Assembly (NCBI RefSeq): GCF_009914755.1
Contig: NC_060935.1
Direction: 5' to 3' (one strand)
Source of the DNA: the human T2T-CHM13v2.0 reference genome, Homo sapiens
DNA: 64,000 bases
The notes beneath the pieces are model-generated. The model was given only the letters and a program-made list of their open reading frames with translations. It searched no databases and was not told where the DNA came from. The position numbers and the translations under genes are program-made. Positions 13,150-35,397 of this stretch are shown piece by piece. Numbering within the stretch: position 1 is the stretch's first letter; the number at the start of each line of letters is the position of its first letter.

Positions 13150-15993
13150 TCGGCACTCAACCTCTCCTCTGCTTGACTTCCTGTGTCTTAGCTTTATGTG
13201 CAGGGACCCAACATGCACACAGAGGGAGCCAGTTTGCCCACTGCACTGAAGTCTCAAAGTTAGGTTGTTACTTGCCTAACAATTATTAACTTCTTAATAT
13301 CTGCCACACATCCTCACAATAACTCTCTGATGGGAGTACTTTCAATGCCCCTTTTTTTTTCAATAAGTGACACCACACAAAGGACCCAAAGCCAGGGCGA
13401 GAGGGATGGGGCCACCCAGCACATCAGCTCTATTTTGGCTGCCAAAATTGAAGCAGCTACCTCGACTGCCTTCAGGGTTCCCTCTTCCTTTTAACCCATT
13501 CATTTTACCCCCAGAATCACAGCACACTGGTCTAACATTTTGGAAACCCGAGTTCTAATCTGACCTTTTTGCTTTCTATATGACTTTTGGCAACTCCTGT
13601 GATCTTCATTAAGACTGCCTTAATTTCTCTCTCTGCTGAAAGGAATGAGTTAGTTGGATTTAACTTATGAAAAAGAAGTAAGAAAAAGGAAAAAGCTAGC
13701 AACCTTGTTTGCCAGGAGATAGTGTGTGCTTCTCAGATAGCATACTATCTGAGAAGACCTCAAGAATGAAGTATTAGAACTGAACTGGGGATGGGGCCCT
13801 GACCTCGCACCCCAGCTGTAAGTAGACAAGCAGCTGACCTGCCCACCCAGCACTTTCCGGAGCCTGGAGCCGGGCAGCTTCCCAGCAGTAGATGATGCTT
13901 TCCCCACAACCTTTTCTTTGACAAAGAGAAAGTTCTAGCATGGCTGCACTTGATTTGACTGGCTTTTCTAACAACTGTCCATTCTTGCCAGACTCCAGCC
14001 AGCCCTGCTCATTGCTTAAACTCGGCCTCCATTCCTTCTGCACTCGCCTCACAGGCCCATCCACAGAGCAGATCTTGTCTCAGGGGAGGCACTGGAGTCA
14101 CAAAACCTACAAAGAGCGTCCTTCCAAGTGCTGCCCTCGGTGTCTAGAGTAGTAGACAGATGACAGCTGCAGTGGGGACAAAGCTGTTCATAGGAAGTCT
14201 GAAAGAAAGGGGCTGGGTGGGGGTCTCTGAGAAGGCCTCACAAAGGGGTGAGGCTGGAACCCCAAAAAAGGAGAGCAGCTGAGAACAGAAGGGAAGTGCT
14301 AGTCAAAACCCAGTGGAGGCCCCAAAGTATGAGCCAGACAAAGCAGGACCTTCAATTGCTCTTAAATTAATAAATTGTGGCTTAAAAAGTACATATAAAT
14401 GTATCAAAAATCTCTTAAAGAGCTTAAGAAATTTAAAATCTCTTGAAAACTGAGGTGTCTGTGGGTGTGTGGTTGATAATAAAGCTGAGAGGTTAATGCC
14501 CTTTTTAAAGTGTTTTTAAATATAACGAATTGCCAAAAGAAGGTTAAAACTGGAATGGACAAAACAAGAGTAATCTGGAAGCCCTAATAATTTGATACTT
14601 ATTGATCACTTACCATGCACCCAGGATCTCTGGGAAGTACATAATATATGTTAGCTCATTTGATCCTCACAAAAGCCTTATTATCCTTGTTGTATTATAA
14701 TATCATTTTTTACTATTCTCATTTTTCAGATTGGGACATAAATATAAGTAGAAACCAGCTAAGTCTGAACCCACGGTTCCAGCTCACAGGCTTACACTGA
14801 ACAGCCTGATCTGTAGTTGAGTTGAACTGATGTGGATTTGGGAGTGGTGGGAGAGAGGGAGGGATAGCTGGTGGCAAGTCACAGTCAGGAAAGAGACTGA
14901 GTTCTACCCCTTCATGTGATTAGGAGTCATAACCCACAGGTCACACTGACAGTTTAAAAGTAAAAAGGCTTCCAAGTTAACTCACCTGGGGTAGGTCTTG
15001 TGATTCATGGTGACATCCTTTCCTTGAGAAAGAATCTTATTATGAGTTCCCAAATTGTTGACATACTGATTAATGTGTAGCCTACCGACATTGAAAAGGG
15101 TGATTTTTTTTTTTTTTTTTTTTTGAGACAGAGTCCAGAAGACTCCCAACTTTGTTAGTGTGTCTTCCTGGGTCATTATTCACATTTGGCTTCCAATAAA
15201 CCTTTACAAATTATTTCTGCTTCCAATAAACCTTTACAAATTGTTACAAATAGCCTTAATTTTGATCAACAGGAGGAGTGATGGGTTTTAAGCAAAGGAG
15301 TAGAACTGTCAGATTTGCAGTTAGATTGTGTGTTTTAATCAGAGTGATCCATGCACATGGCTCACAAACATCGGCCAAGGGATTTCTAATGCAAAGCAAG
15401 AGAGCAGCTGCCAGCTCACTCATCCATCAGGTTCCTACCCTGGGAGCACCCCTTCTAACCATTTTTGGGTTTAGCTATAAAAAAGTGACAAAATGTGACT
15501 TACCTTTTCTGCCACACATTCAGACTATCTTTTTGCTCTCTGTTCTGTTTGAGTTTCTCAACTTAATCCTCCAATCTTTTTAATTCTGGCAGTTCACTTT
15601 TAATTTCCAAGAGACTTTTTTTTTTCCACAGCCTGCTGTTTTTTGTTTCATGGATGTAATATCTTCTCAAATGTCACTGAAGATCTAATTAGAATGTTTT
15701 TAAGCTTGTTTTGAGTCTCTGAATGACCTGTTTCCTCCAAGGTCAATCTGTTCTGTTTTCTTTATCGTCTCCTACGTGCTGCTCGTTCTCTCTGAGTCTG
15801 GTGGCTTTGGCTGTCTATCTTTGGCTGTCATATTTAAGAATGAGGAGCCGAGTTGATTTTATAGCAAGCTAGTATAGGTTTCCTCCATGGTTTTATATAA
15901 GGATCTTCATTTCAGTGCTGCTATTTGTAACAATTTGTAAAGGTTTACTGGTATGTGAGAAGAGCTTGTTGAGAGAAAGACCTTGCTTCAGAG

Positions 15994-16799
<806 letters not shown>

Positions 16800-17138
16800 A
16801 TCCCAGGGATAAAAATTAGGGAACCTAACAGTTATTAATCAACTCCTGGCTGTTTGGGGCTACTGCAGGGCTGATTGTTTGGCTTTCTGGGCTAATTGCT
16901 AGAGAGACAGTACTGATGTCCTACGAGTCTGACTTGCAAGATAGTAGGATGGCTTCTGGGCTGGTTACTATAGATAATGGGTTAGAGTTCTATTGTTATA
17001 TGTGGTCTGACCATTGTCCATCTCGAGACCAAGTTAGCAGGAGCTATATAGCTATATTGGGGTATGGAGCCTTTGCATGCCAGAATAGGGATGGTTCTCT
17101 CTGGGATGCTAACAACCATATGTGAAATTTCAGCACTA

Positions 17139-17315
<177 letters not shown>

Positions 17316-18818
17316 TCAGCACTATCCAGAATTTAATTTTTTAGAGAAGGTTCTTCTACCCCAGGGGCTAAAGTTGGGTTGCCTGACCACTAGATTTGGG
17401 CAGAGGACACGTGGGCCAGGGGCATGTAGAGACTTTCTTGCTCTGCCCCCAACACCTGCCAACTCTGAGCCCAGATCCTCTCAGAGTTTCTGCGTGATGA
17501 ATCAGCTCCTTCGTCCACTACAGCTGCCACCTCCAATTTCTCTGGCCTCCTTGTTTCCTTTGATGTGCCCTCATGTGCTTTCTGTCTTCTAAATATTTGT
17601 TGAAATCTCTTGTTCACTGATGGTTTCCTTCACATGCTCTTGAAAAAGGAACATGGAAATAATCTTTTTAGTGGAATCCCAGGTATTCATTCCACTCTCT
17701 GTAACCAGAAGCTGTAGATTTATTAAAGACTCAACGGTTGTTTAAACAGTAGATTAGAAGAAAGCCAAATGGAAGACAAGGAGGATAAGGACAATATGTA
17801 GAATGAATGTGCAGGAAAGAAAGAAAATCAGAAGGCAGGTGCTAGAAACCTAATTGTGAGCAACTTTCTAGGAGGCATGAAGCCAAGCCACAGTAGAGGC
17901 AGTGGACACAAGAGGGGCAGATTCAGGAACTATTAGAAGATAGAATCAATAGAAGCTTAGAGCATATTTTTGCATAAAGTGCCACAAAATAGGTATAAGA
18001 CATTAGGGACAGAGAACTATCACAAAGAAACCAACAGCCTTGGATAACTGCACTCTGATGCTTCCATTTATAAGAGGAACTTTCCCCACTTTGGATTGTA
18101 CTAGGTCTTGGTAGCAGGGAGCTACTGGAGGGTGTTCCTTCTCCTGGAGGCAACCCAGTCACTTTTGATGATGTGGGAACATCAAACCCTATTCAAGTCC
18201 TTCCTCAGGGACAATGGGAAGTCCTGGGGGGCAAATGAAAAACAAAACAAAATGGCCCTCTTTTATGCTGCCCTTGCTTTAAGATTCTTTCTGAGTAACT
18301 TTCCTCAGTGAGGTCCCTTACCAAGCGCAGGAGTTGCTGCAGCCTGACAGTCATGCACAGAGATCTTTTTCCTAGACCACCTCTGCTGCCTGATGGAGGA
18401 GCACTGAGCACCCCTGCCATTCCTCTCCCACCCCACCCCTACTGAACTCCTCCACAAAAAGGACTGCTTCCTTAGTTGCTTCCCAATGTCCTGTTGCTTT
18501 GTCTGTTGGAAGACCCAGAAATGAAGATTATTTTGGTGTTCCAGGCTGGTGTTGGAAGCTAAGCTACAAGTGGGAGCTAAGCTACAAGGATACAAAGGCA
18601 TACAAATGATACAATGGACTTTGGAGACTAGGGGGTAAGGAGAAAAGGTCAGATCACTTTCCCCAGCTCCAGCCCTTGAGATAGCTTGAGTGTCCACTCC
18701 CTTCTTGCATCCCCAGGGGACACTTTTCCTGCCAACAACACCAGTCGCCCTTTTTTTGTATTCCCTCCTACTCGGTTTTCCTTACATCCATCCTCAGATT
18801 TACTCTCCCACAGAATCA

Positions 18819-19328
<510 letters not shown>

Positions 19329-19608
19329 TCACTTTCCTAGAAGTGTGGAAGTAGATGAGTTCTCTAAGGAAAATAAAGAGAGAAAAAGGAAAAGCTTGTG
19401 GAGAGTCTCTCTGACTCACCTACAGTCAAGGAAGTGACAGGGAATGGAGCTAGTAAAGACACAGGGATGCAGAAGCCGGGTAGAAAGAGGATGGAAGGGA
19501 GCTGCACCTCTGAGGGGCAATGTCAAATTCGAAGTTGCCCGCTTCATATTAATTAACTCATAATTACTGCGTTCTTACTCTATGCTGGAAAATGCTGGTC
19601 CTGGGAAT

Positions 19609-20497
19609 TGAAAGATTGAATATACAAATGAGCAATGACCAGGCAATGTATAAAGCAGGACTCTGACCCACAACCTGTAACAGCCAGCCCAGGAAGCCAA
19701 CTTACTATCCACAGTATCCATTCCAGGAAGCCAAAGGATAGCCCCTATAACGATTGACCCAAAATGATCAGGAATTGATTAATAACTTCCAGCTTTCCTA
19801 TTTCAGCTCCTGCTTTTAACTTAGGACCAACTGGGGAAAGCTAAATATGCCCCCTCACCAATCACATGGAATGCCCTGCTTCTAGTTAGCTGCTGATATA
19901 GTCTGGACATTTGTCTCCAGCCAAGCAAGTCTCATGTTGAACTGTAATCCCCAATGCTGGAGGTGGAGCCTGGTGGGAGGTGTTTAGAGCATGGAGGCAG
20001 ATCCCTCATGACTTGGTGCTGTCTTCGTGATAATGGATTCTCATGAGATTTGGTCATTTGAAAGTGTGTGGCACCTCTGCCCCTCCACCCACAATTCCCT
20101 TCCTTCTATTTTTGCCACATAATGTGCTTGTTCCCCCTTTGTTTTCTGCCTTGACTGGAAGTTTCCTGAAGCCTCCCCAGAAGTAGATGCTGCAATGCTT
20201 CCTGTACAGCCTGCAGAACTGTGACCCAGTTAAACCTATTATATATATATTTTATATATAAGCCAGTCTCAGGTATTTCTTTATAGCAATGCAAGAACGG
20301 ACTAATACAACTGCCTACAGCTTGCCCCTGCTCACAGCCTTTGATCTGAGCAGATCTGAAGCCTCCTCTTTTATTTACTCTAAAACTTTCCCACTCCCCT
20401 GCTTGCCTTGAGTCTCTGGCAAAATGTAAGTGATGGTGGCTGACTCTCTTGCAAGCTCTGCTTGTTCTCATATGGGTGGTCTCCATTTATTTCCACA
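19609..20497 (+). mobile_element. Old ERV solo LTR interrupted by an MST LTR
   Basis: TGAAAGATTGAATATACAAATG...TTTCCACA; homologous to the 15994-16799 element. Confidence 0.7.
19894..20309 (+). mobile_element. MST (MaLR) solo LTR
   Basis: TGATATAGTCTGGA...GGACTAATACA; TSD GCTGC/ACTGC. Confidence 0.88.
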
Positions 20498-22044
20498 AGA
20501 TAGAATAGCAAAGAAGACAAACATCATTCCTGCCCACAAGGAGCTTATACTATGATAAGAAATACATTAAAAAATATAAGCAGATGGTTAAAATTAAAGG
20601 AACTACAAATAAGATGATTCTTAGGAAAGAAGCATACAAGGACCCAGAGAGAGTTGAAGAAGTGGATAATTTAGATAAGGTGGATATATTAAAGGAATAG
20701 GAAACCATCAGTGAACAAGAGATTTCAACAAATATTTAGAAGACAGGAAGCACATGAGGGCACATCAAAGGAAACAAGGAGGCCAGAGAAATTGGAGGTG
20801 GCAGCTGTAGTGGACGAAGGAGCTGATTCATCACGCAGAAACTCTGAGAGGATCTGGTTTCCTTCACATGCTCTTGATAAAGGAACATGGAAATAAGCCC
20901 AGGTTGGTCCCCTTCCCCCTCCCTTACTCTAGGACTCCAAAATAGCCACAGCAAGGCATTAAATAATAGTTGTTGCTATGGTTTTATTATTAAGTAAGAG
21001 GTATGACACCACCCAGTTCTTAACCCATTTCCTAGCCTAAGGACGTTCAGAGGTAAGATAAAAACATTTGTCTTACACATGACTTAATAACTACACAAAA
21101 AAAACCTTAAAAATTGATGGTGTGTGAAAATAATGAGTACAATAGTAATTTTGGTGAATATTTTCATAGTTTTGATGAGGTGAGTTTTCTAAAGGCAGTA
21201 GCTATAAAGTAAAAGATTAGTATATTTACTAATATTTTTAAAACACAAGAAAGAAAAAGGAAAGGTTTTTTTTAAAACACTCTAAATAAAATTCAAAGAC
21301 AGATAAAAATAGGAAGAAATATTTGCAACATATACATACAGATGTTAATATTTTTAGTACAATAAAAGTTTTTAAAATATAAGCAAAGGATTTGTATAGG
21401 TAATTCACATTTAGAATAAACTTTAAACTCCTGACTAGAACTCTGACCTTAGCTCCTAAGACTTTTGCTCCTACTTACCACTCTCCAGTGACCTGGGATT
21501 TCTTCTCATTCTCAAACAAACTAGGCTCATTTATACCTCAGAACATTTGTACTTGCTTGTTTTCTATTCCTTTGATGCTTTTGCCCATCTCATTGCATAC
21601 CTAGCTCTTTCTCATAATTTGGGTTTTAGTTCAAATATCACATCTTCAGAGAAGCCTTCTGCAATTACTCAAGTCACCATTCCAAGTCATACTCCATGTC
21701 ACCTTGTCTTATTTTTTATAGCTTATATCACCATCGAAAATTGTGTGTATGTGTATCTGCACTGTCTCCCTCACCTCACTCTTAGAAAGCAGGCTCCATG
21801 AGGGGAGAACCTCACCTGTCTTATTTACTGCTGTATCCCCAGTATATGGAACATTTCCTGGCACATAGTAGCGGCTCAACAAATATTTGTTAAATGATTA
21901 AATGAATGAATAAAGAAAAATGAGAAAATATAATCAATAAACATTAACAAAAATTTTGTTTCATGAGTAGTTAAATAAATGCAAATTAAAATAATGAGAA
22001 CCTTTTTAAAACTAATTAGATTGGCAATGATTAAAAAATAGTAT

Positions 22045-24980
<2,936 letters not shown>

Positions 24981-25307
24981 AAATTGGAAATCATCATTCT
25001 CAGTAAACTATCACAAGGACAAAAAACCAAACACCGCCTGTTCTCACTCATAGGTGGGAATTGAACAATGAGAACACATGGACACAGGAAGGGGAACATC
25101 ACACTCTGGGGACTGTTGTGGGTTGGAGGGATGGGGGAGGGATAGCATTAGGAGATATAGCTAATGCTAAATGACGAGTTAATGGGTGCAGCGCACCAGC
25201 ATGGCACATGTATACATATGTAACTAACCTGCACATTGTGCACATGTATCCTAAAACTTAAAGTATAATAATAATTTAAAAAAAAAAGAAAAATTCAAAC
25301 AATACAA
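24981..25307 (+). mobile_element. Second L1 3' end (L1PA3-like) in tandem with the preceding L1
   Basis: Repeats the last ~300 bp of L1 with different diagnostic bases (CAAGGAC, GCATTAGG, CTAAATGACGAGTTAATGGG). Confidence 0.93.
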
Positions 25308-25710
25308 AAAAAATAGTACTGTCTGTTTCTGGGGATGTAAATTGATGGATGCATTATAGAAGGAAAACTGTTCAAATGCATTAAAATATAAAATTGTCAA
25401 ATCTTTTTAGTTCACAATTCTACTTCCATGAAAAATCCTAAGGAAATGTCACTTCTACTTCAGCCTGGAATGATAAATCCATAGATCCAAGAAGCTGAAT
25501 GAATCTCCAGCACAAGAAACATGAAGGTGACATCAAAATAAATCATAATCAAATTGCTCAAAATACGTGATAAAGAGAAAACCTCTAAGCAAAGAGAGAA
25601 AAACATTTGATACATTCAGAGGAGCAAAATTAAGAAGACAGTGGAGCAACATTGTTAAAGTGCTGAAAGAAGAAAACTGTCCACTTATAAATCTATGCCC
25701 AGAAAACATA

Positions 25711-26108
25711 TCTGTTTACAGGCTGCATTGTGTTCCCTCACCCCCCAAACTTCATATGCTGAAATCCTAACCAGCAACTCCTCAGAATGTGACTATATTT
25801 TGACATAAGTCCTTTATGGAAGTAATTAAGGTAAAATAAAGTGATACAGGTGGGCCCTAATCCGATATGATTGGTGTCCTCATATGAAGAGAAGATTAGA
25901 ACACCACACAGACTGAGGGGCAACCCTCTGAGAACATGGTGAGATGATGGCCTTCTTCAAACAACAGAGAGAGGCCTCAGAGGAAACCAAACTTGCCAAA
26001 CCCTGATCTTTGACTTCTGGCCTCCAGAACTATGAAAAAATTAATTTCTGTTGTGTATACCGTCTACTCTGTGGTATTTTGTTATGGCAGCCCTAGAAAC
26101 CTAACACA
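25711..26108 (+). mobile_element. MLT1 (MaLR) LTR
   Basis: CAGAATGTGACTATATTT, GGGCCCTAATCC, GACTTCTGGCCTCCAGAACT, TTGTTATGGCAGCCCTAG..CTAACACA. Confidence 0.85.
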
Positions 26109-26319
26109 ATATCTTTTTTAAATGAAGACAAAGTAAAGACATTTTTAGACATACAAACTCTAAAACATTCATCACCAGCAGACCCAGACAGTAAGAAGTG
26201 TTAAATAGGCAGAATAAAAATAATAGATTGAAATGTAGATCTATGCAAAGGAATGAGGAACACTGGAAAGATGAACTATGTGGGTAGATATCTAAGATTT
26301 TTAAAAATTACTTAAATTT

Positions 26320-26552
<233 letters not shown>

Positions 26553-27284
26553 AGTCAAAGAATGGAAATAGATATACCGTGTTAACACTAACCAAAAGAT
26601 AGTTATATCAGCTATATTAACATCAGACAAAGTACATTTCAGAGCAAAGAGTATTACAAGACAAGGTCATTTCATAATGAAAAAGGGTTTTCATCAGGAG
26701 GGCATAACAATCCTTACCTCTTATATATCAAATAACAGAGCTTCAAAATATGTGAAGCAAAACCTGACAGAACTGAAAGAAATAAAAAGTGTATAATTTT
26801 CGTCAGAGATGTTTATCTTCTATCTCCATAATTGGTATAACAGTTGGTACACAGAAAATCAGGATATATAAGATGAACAACATGGTCGACCAACTTAACC
26901 TAATTGACATTTCTATAATACTCCACTTAAGAATGGAAGACTACATATTCAAGTCATACAGAATATTTACCAATACAGACCATATTCTGGGTCACAAGAC
27001 AGGTCTCGATATATTTACAAAAATTCAAGTCATACCAGATTTATTTTTAGACCATAACAGAATTAAATTAGAAATCAATAAAAAAAACTCTGAAAAATTC
27101 CCAAGTATTTGGAAACTAAACAATGTACTTTTAAATAATTGATCAAAAAAGACATAGAAAAATTAGATATTACTTTATACTGAATGAAAATAAAAACACA
27201 CCATATCAAAAATTCATGAGATACTATAAAAGCAGTATTTACTGGGAAATTCATAACACCAAATGTCTATATTAGAAAAGAAGA

Positions 27285-28032
<748 letters not shown>

Positions 28033-28158
28033 AATGACTTCAGCTTCTACTGTAAGAAATTATATTTTTCAAAAAAGAGCAAATTAAACTCAAAGTAAGA
28101 AAAGAAAGAAAATACTAAGGATTAGAGCGGAGATCAATGACATAGAAAACAGAAAAAC

Positions 28159-28480
<322 letters not shown>

Positions 28481-28967
28481 AAAAATACTCAAGAAAATCA
28501 ATGATTCTTTCATTGCAAATAATGCAGACTTTTTTTCAAGGCTAAGCCTTCCCTGACACTATGAAAGCAAATGCAAATCTTTTTTTATCAATATATATGT
28601 GTAAACCTGTACGTGTATATATGTGCATTTACTCATAATTATGCTTTGCATTCATTTCATTTAACAAAATGTATCATCTTTATTAAAGTAACACTTCAAA
28701 TATATACATATATATTTTTAAACTGAGTCTTTCAGATGATTATAAAATTGATCATTCTCTAGCCAGACTGATCAGAAAAAAAGACACAAATTATTAATAT
28801 TAGGAATGAGAGAGGTAGCATCACTCTAGATTCTACAGATATAAAAATGAACATAAGGGATTATTAAAAACAACCTTGTGTCAATAAATTGCACAATTTA
28901 GATGAAATGGATGAATTATTTGAAAGACATGAATTATCAAAGCTCACTCAAGAAATTATTATTTCAC

Positions 28968-29098
28968 TGGGCATTGTAGCTCATGCCTGTAATCCCAGCA
29001 CTTTGGGAGGCTGAGGTGGGAGGTCACTTGAGGCCAGGAGTTTGAGACCAGCCTGAGCAGCATAGTAGGAACCCCTCTTTCCAAAAAAGTTTTTTAAA
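28968..29098 (+). mobile_element. Free left Alu monomer (FLAM-like)
   Basis: Left monomer only, then A-rich end. Confidence 0.8.
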
Positions 29099-30935
29099 GA
29101 AATAGATTATTTGAATAGCCCTATATCTATTAAAGAAACTAAAGTTGTAGTTAAAACTATTCCACAAAGAAAATACAAGGTCCAAATGGATTCACTGGTG
29201 AATTACAACAAACATTTAAGGAAGAAACTATACCAAGTCTACAAAAACTCTCCTAGAAATTTGAAGAGGAAGGCATACATACCTCCCAACATATTTTTAA
29301 TTTAATAACTTCAATCAGCACCCTTTTACTGACACATAACACACAACATGAATTGTTGCCTAAGGAAAACAGCTCTAAAAGAACACAAGAAAAGTTGAAT
29401 GTGGTGAAGTAGATAGAAGTAGATCCTAGGCAAAGGCCCCTGCCACAAGGAAAGAGAGAGGAAGACTCTTGTAAGGAAGAGCCACTCTTCCTCCAGCTGC
29501 CCCCTACTTCTCAGTGGCAAGAAACATTTTCTATGTTTCACTGAGGTGGTACTAATATTTCCAGAGCACTACACTACTGAAGAAAAGATTGTAGACAAGA
29601 GCAACCTTTCATCCCATATCACATTTTGGTTCCTAGATCCTGAGTGTGCTACAGTTTACCAAGGATCTCCCATGTGCTGAGTTCTGTGCTGGGAATTTCC
29701 AGGTGTAACATTCCTTCTCATCCTTATAACCACCTCTGTTATAGGAAACACCATTCAGTACAATGCACCCTTGCCCAAGCCCCAAGTTTCTTTTGCAGGC
29801 CAGGAGAGTCCAAGAGATGAGATAAGAAAGGACAAACAAACCATCACAAGATTCAGGTCAGATTTACTCATTGACGTAACCCATGTGGCAGGTGCCTCCT
29901 TTTTCTCTCTCACAAATTATGTTTCCAATCACCTACCAGGAAGGGAGAAACAGGCAGAGGGGAGGTAAGGAGTCCATCTTACTACTTCCCCAACTGGGCC
30001 ATCCTTCTAAGGATGTATCCTCACCACTTTGTGGTCTGTAATTAGGTTGTTCCCTCAGCCTGGTGGATGAGCTCTTGTATCACCTCATTCCTGTTTTCTT
30101 ACCTTCCCTTCGTTGGATTTGGATAAAAATTTAAGCTGATCTTTACCACCAAAAGCCACACAGGGTTGAAAAAAAAGTGATAGACTCATCCTTGATGTGC
30201 CTTTCAGTCTTTGAATAATAGAATAAAGCCTTATTGACTGAAGCTTCAAAGACATGCCACTTCCCAACTCTTCCTCTTTTTCTTCTCTTTTCTTCTCATA
30301 ATCCCTCTCTGTAAGACCTCAAATGCCCTGCCTGACCCTCCTTTCAGAAGAATCTATCCCTTATATCTTTGTTGGACATTAGTGTACCATGGTTGTTTGC
30401 ATATGACTGTCCATGGCTTTAATCTAACTTAGTAGAATTGATCTTACCATCCCCTGATTCTGCTAGGAAGTGAGGGCATGGGGAGGGGAGACTTGGGACA
30501 TGGAGTGCTGGAAGGAGAGAATGTGGGGGAATGATAAGTTTTCCACTCTGAGTTGCATTTTTACCCCCCAAGGTATCTGAAATGAAACATATTTTACCAC
30601 CATGAAAATTCATGTATTTCTTCAGACTTTCCTATTCTCAATACAAGCAATTACAAAGTTCAAATTCCTTCTTTTGGCATATTTCTTAGAAAACAGTAAT
30701 CCCCATTTGGATTAATTAAAGGCTCCAGTCAACAAGCAACTAGTCAAAAGACAACTCACAGTGAATGCTAGCATAAGAGGTGGAGAAGGGAGAGGATGAC
30801 TGGTCATTAGCCATCTGGGTTGCTGCTCCTGTTTCTGTAGGAACATCCAGAGCAGTGTGGCCCCCAGCAAGGTTGGTCTTCCTCAGGTGGCCAGCAGGAG
30901 GCAGCAGAACACATGGGAGTTGGGGAAGAGGGTGC

Positions 30936-31375
30936 TGTGGCAATGAAGATCGCTAACATGAGAACAAGCAGAGGCTATTTATTCAGAGGTGGTTATAACA
31001 AGGGGGTCAGCCACCCTCACTTATCCTATGACAGAGGCTCAAGGCAGGCAAAAGAGAGTGGGAAAACTTTATAGTTAAAAAAAAAGTTGGTGGAACAGCT
31101 TTAAGTATGCTCTGATTGTAATTTGTCAGTGTGGGAAGCTTTAGGCAGGATAATTAGAAGTGGAGCACCTTACATGATTAATTTGGGGAGCATTCTATGT
31201 TTGGGCCTCAGTTGGAAGTGAGGGCAAAAAATAAGGAAGCTGGCAGCCATTGACCAAGTCCTCCCCATTCTGTGAAAGTTGCTACAAAGGTTATGGTTTG
31301 GCTTCCCGGCCAGGTTGCTGCAGAGTTCTATTGTAATATACAGTCTGCCATTGTCCACTTATATATTCAGTCCGT
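30936..31375 (-). mobile_element. Old ERV solo LTR, third copy of the 15994/19609 family
   Basis: Shares GAACAAGCA.AGGCTATTT.TTCAGAG, GTCAGCCACC.TCACTT, GAGAGTGGGAAA, CCATTGTCCA.TT.TATATTCAGTC. Confidence 0.68.
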
Positions 31376-31490
31376 TTGTATACTCTGTGCTTCAACATCA
31401 TACTTGGTCTGCCCTTTCTGCAGCTACCCATGGGTGATCAATAGGAGGCTGACTTTGTGTCCTCCCATAGAGGACTCCCATCATCAACTT

Positions 31491-32510
31491 TGTATTAGCT
31501 ATCCATTGCTACGTGTCTTAGTACATTTTGTGCTATTATTACAGAATACATGAGACTAGGTAATTTAAAACAAACAGAAATTTATTGGCTCACACTTTTG
31601 GAGGGTAGCAAATCCAATATCAATGTGCAGACATCTTGCAAGGGTCTTCTTGCTGTGTCATATGATGGCAGGAAGGGAGGAAGAATGAAAGAAAGAATGT
31701 GCGTAAAGGGGGCCAAGCTCTCCCTTTTATAACAAACCCACTCCCACAATAATGGCACTAATCCATTCACTTCACCTTCTTGGCCTAATCACTTTTCATC
31801 AGGTTCCACCTCCCAACACTGTTGAATTGGGAATCAAGTTTCTAACACCTGCTTTTTGGGGGACACATAAGAACCAAAGCACTGTGTAACAAATTACCCC
31901 AAAAGTTAGTGTCTTAAAATATTTATTATCACACATTTTCTATGGCCCAGAAATTCAGGTATGGTTTAGCAGATACTCTGGCTCACGATCTCTAACAAGG
32001 ACACAGTCAAAGTATCATCTGGTTGTGTAGTCATCTTAAAGCTCAACTGGGGAAGGATCCATTTCCAAGCTCACTCACAACTCTGCTGTTCACATGGTTG
32101 TTGGCAGAATTTAGTTTTTTGTGGGCTATTGGACCAAGAGCCTCAGTTCCTCACTGGCTGTTGGCCAGAGGCCACTTTCAATTCCTTTTAACATGTGTTT
32201 CTCCACAGAACAGCTCATAATATAGCAGCTCATTTCATAAGAGTCAGCAAACCAAGAAGAGCCAGGGAAAGAGAATCAAAACAGACTCTGCAATCAAAAC
32301 AGAAATGATAGCCTTTTGGAACCTAGTCTCAGAAAAGACATTGAATCGCTTTTGCCTTATATTCTATTCATTAGAAGCAAAGTATTAGGTCTATCCCAGA
32401 AAGATCAACTCTGGGTGTGGTGGTGGGGGGTGGGACGGGGATTATAGAAGGGAATGAACACCAGGAATGGGGATCATTGGGGGCTGTCTTGAAGGTTGTC
32501 TAATCACAAA
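31491..32510 (-). mobile_element. MLT1 LTR with a nested MST-type LTR (about 31514-31881)
   Basis: TGTATTAG.TATCCATTGCT|...|GTGTAACAAATTACCCCAAAA is split by a TGTCTTAGT...AACCAAAGCA element. Confidence 0.7.
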
Positions 32511-32523
32511 ACTCTGTCAAATA

Positions 32524-33085
32524 GAGGCATAACCTGGAGATATTGTGGCTTTGGTTCCAGACCACCACAATAAAGTGAATATCACAATAAAGTGAGTCAC
32601 ACAAATTTGTTGGCTTACCAGAACACATTAAAGTTTACACTATATTGAGGTCTACTAAGTGAGTGATAGCATTCTGTCTAAAAAAGTGTACATACCTTAA
32701 TTTTAAAATACTTTATAACTAAAAAATGCTGACAATCATCTGAACCTTCAGCAAGTTGTGATCTTTTTGCTGGTGGAGAGTTTTGCCTCAATGTTGAACA
32801 CTTTGCTTTGGATTAGGCTTTGGCTTAAGGGAATGTTGTGGCTGGTTTGATTTTTTTATCCAAGTTATTAACACTTTCTCCATACCAGCAAGAAGGCTGT
32901 TTGGCTTTCTTATCATTCATGCGTTCACTGGAGCAGCACTTTTAATTTCCCTCAAGGACTTTTCCTTTGAATTCACAATTTGGCTAACTGGTGCAAGAAG
33001 CCTAGGTTTCAGCCTATCTCAGCTTTCAACATGCCTTCCTTATTAAGCTATTCATTTCTAGCTTTTGATTTAAAGTGGGAGACAT
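32524..33085 (-). mobile_element. Internally deleted Tigger1 DNA transposon
   Basis: AGGCATA.CCTGGAGATATTGTGG.TTTGGTTCCAGACCACC terminus; CCTTCAGCAAGTTGTGATCTTTTTGCTGGTGGAG transposase-start motif. Confidence 0.85.
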
Positions 33086-35397
<2,312 letters not shown>

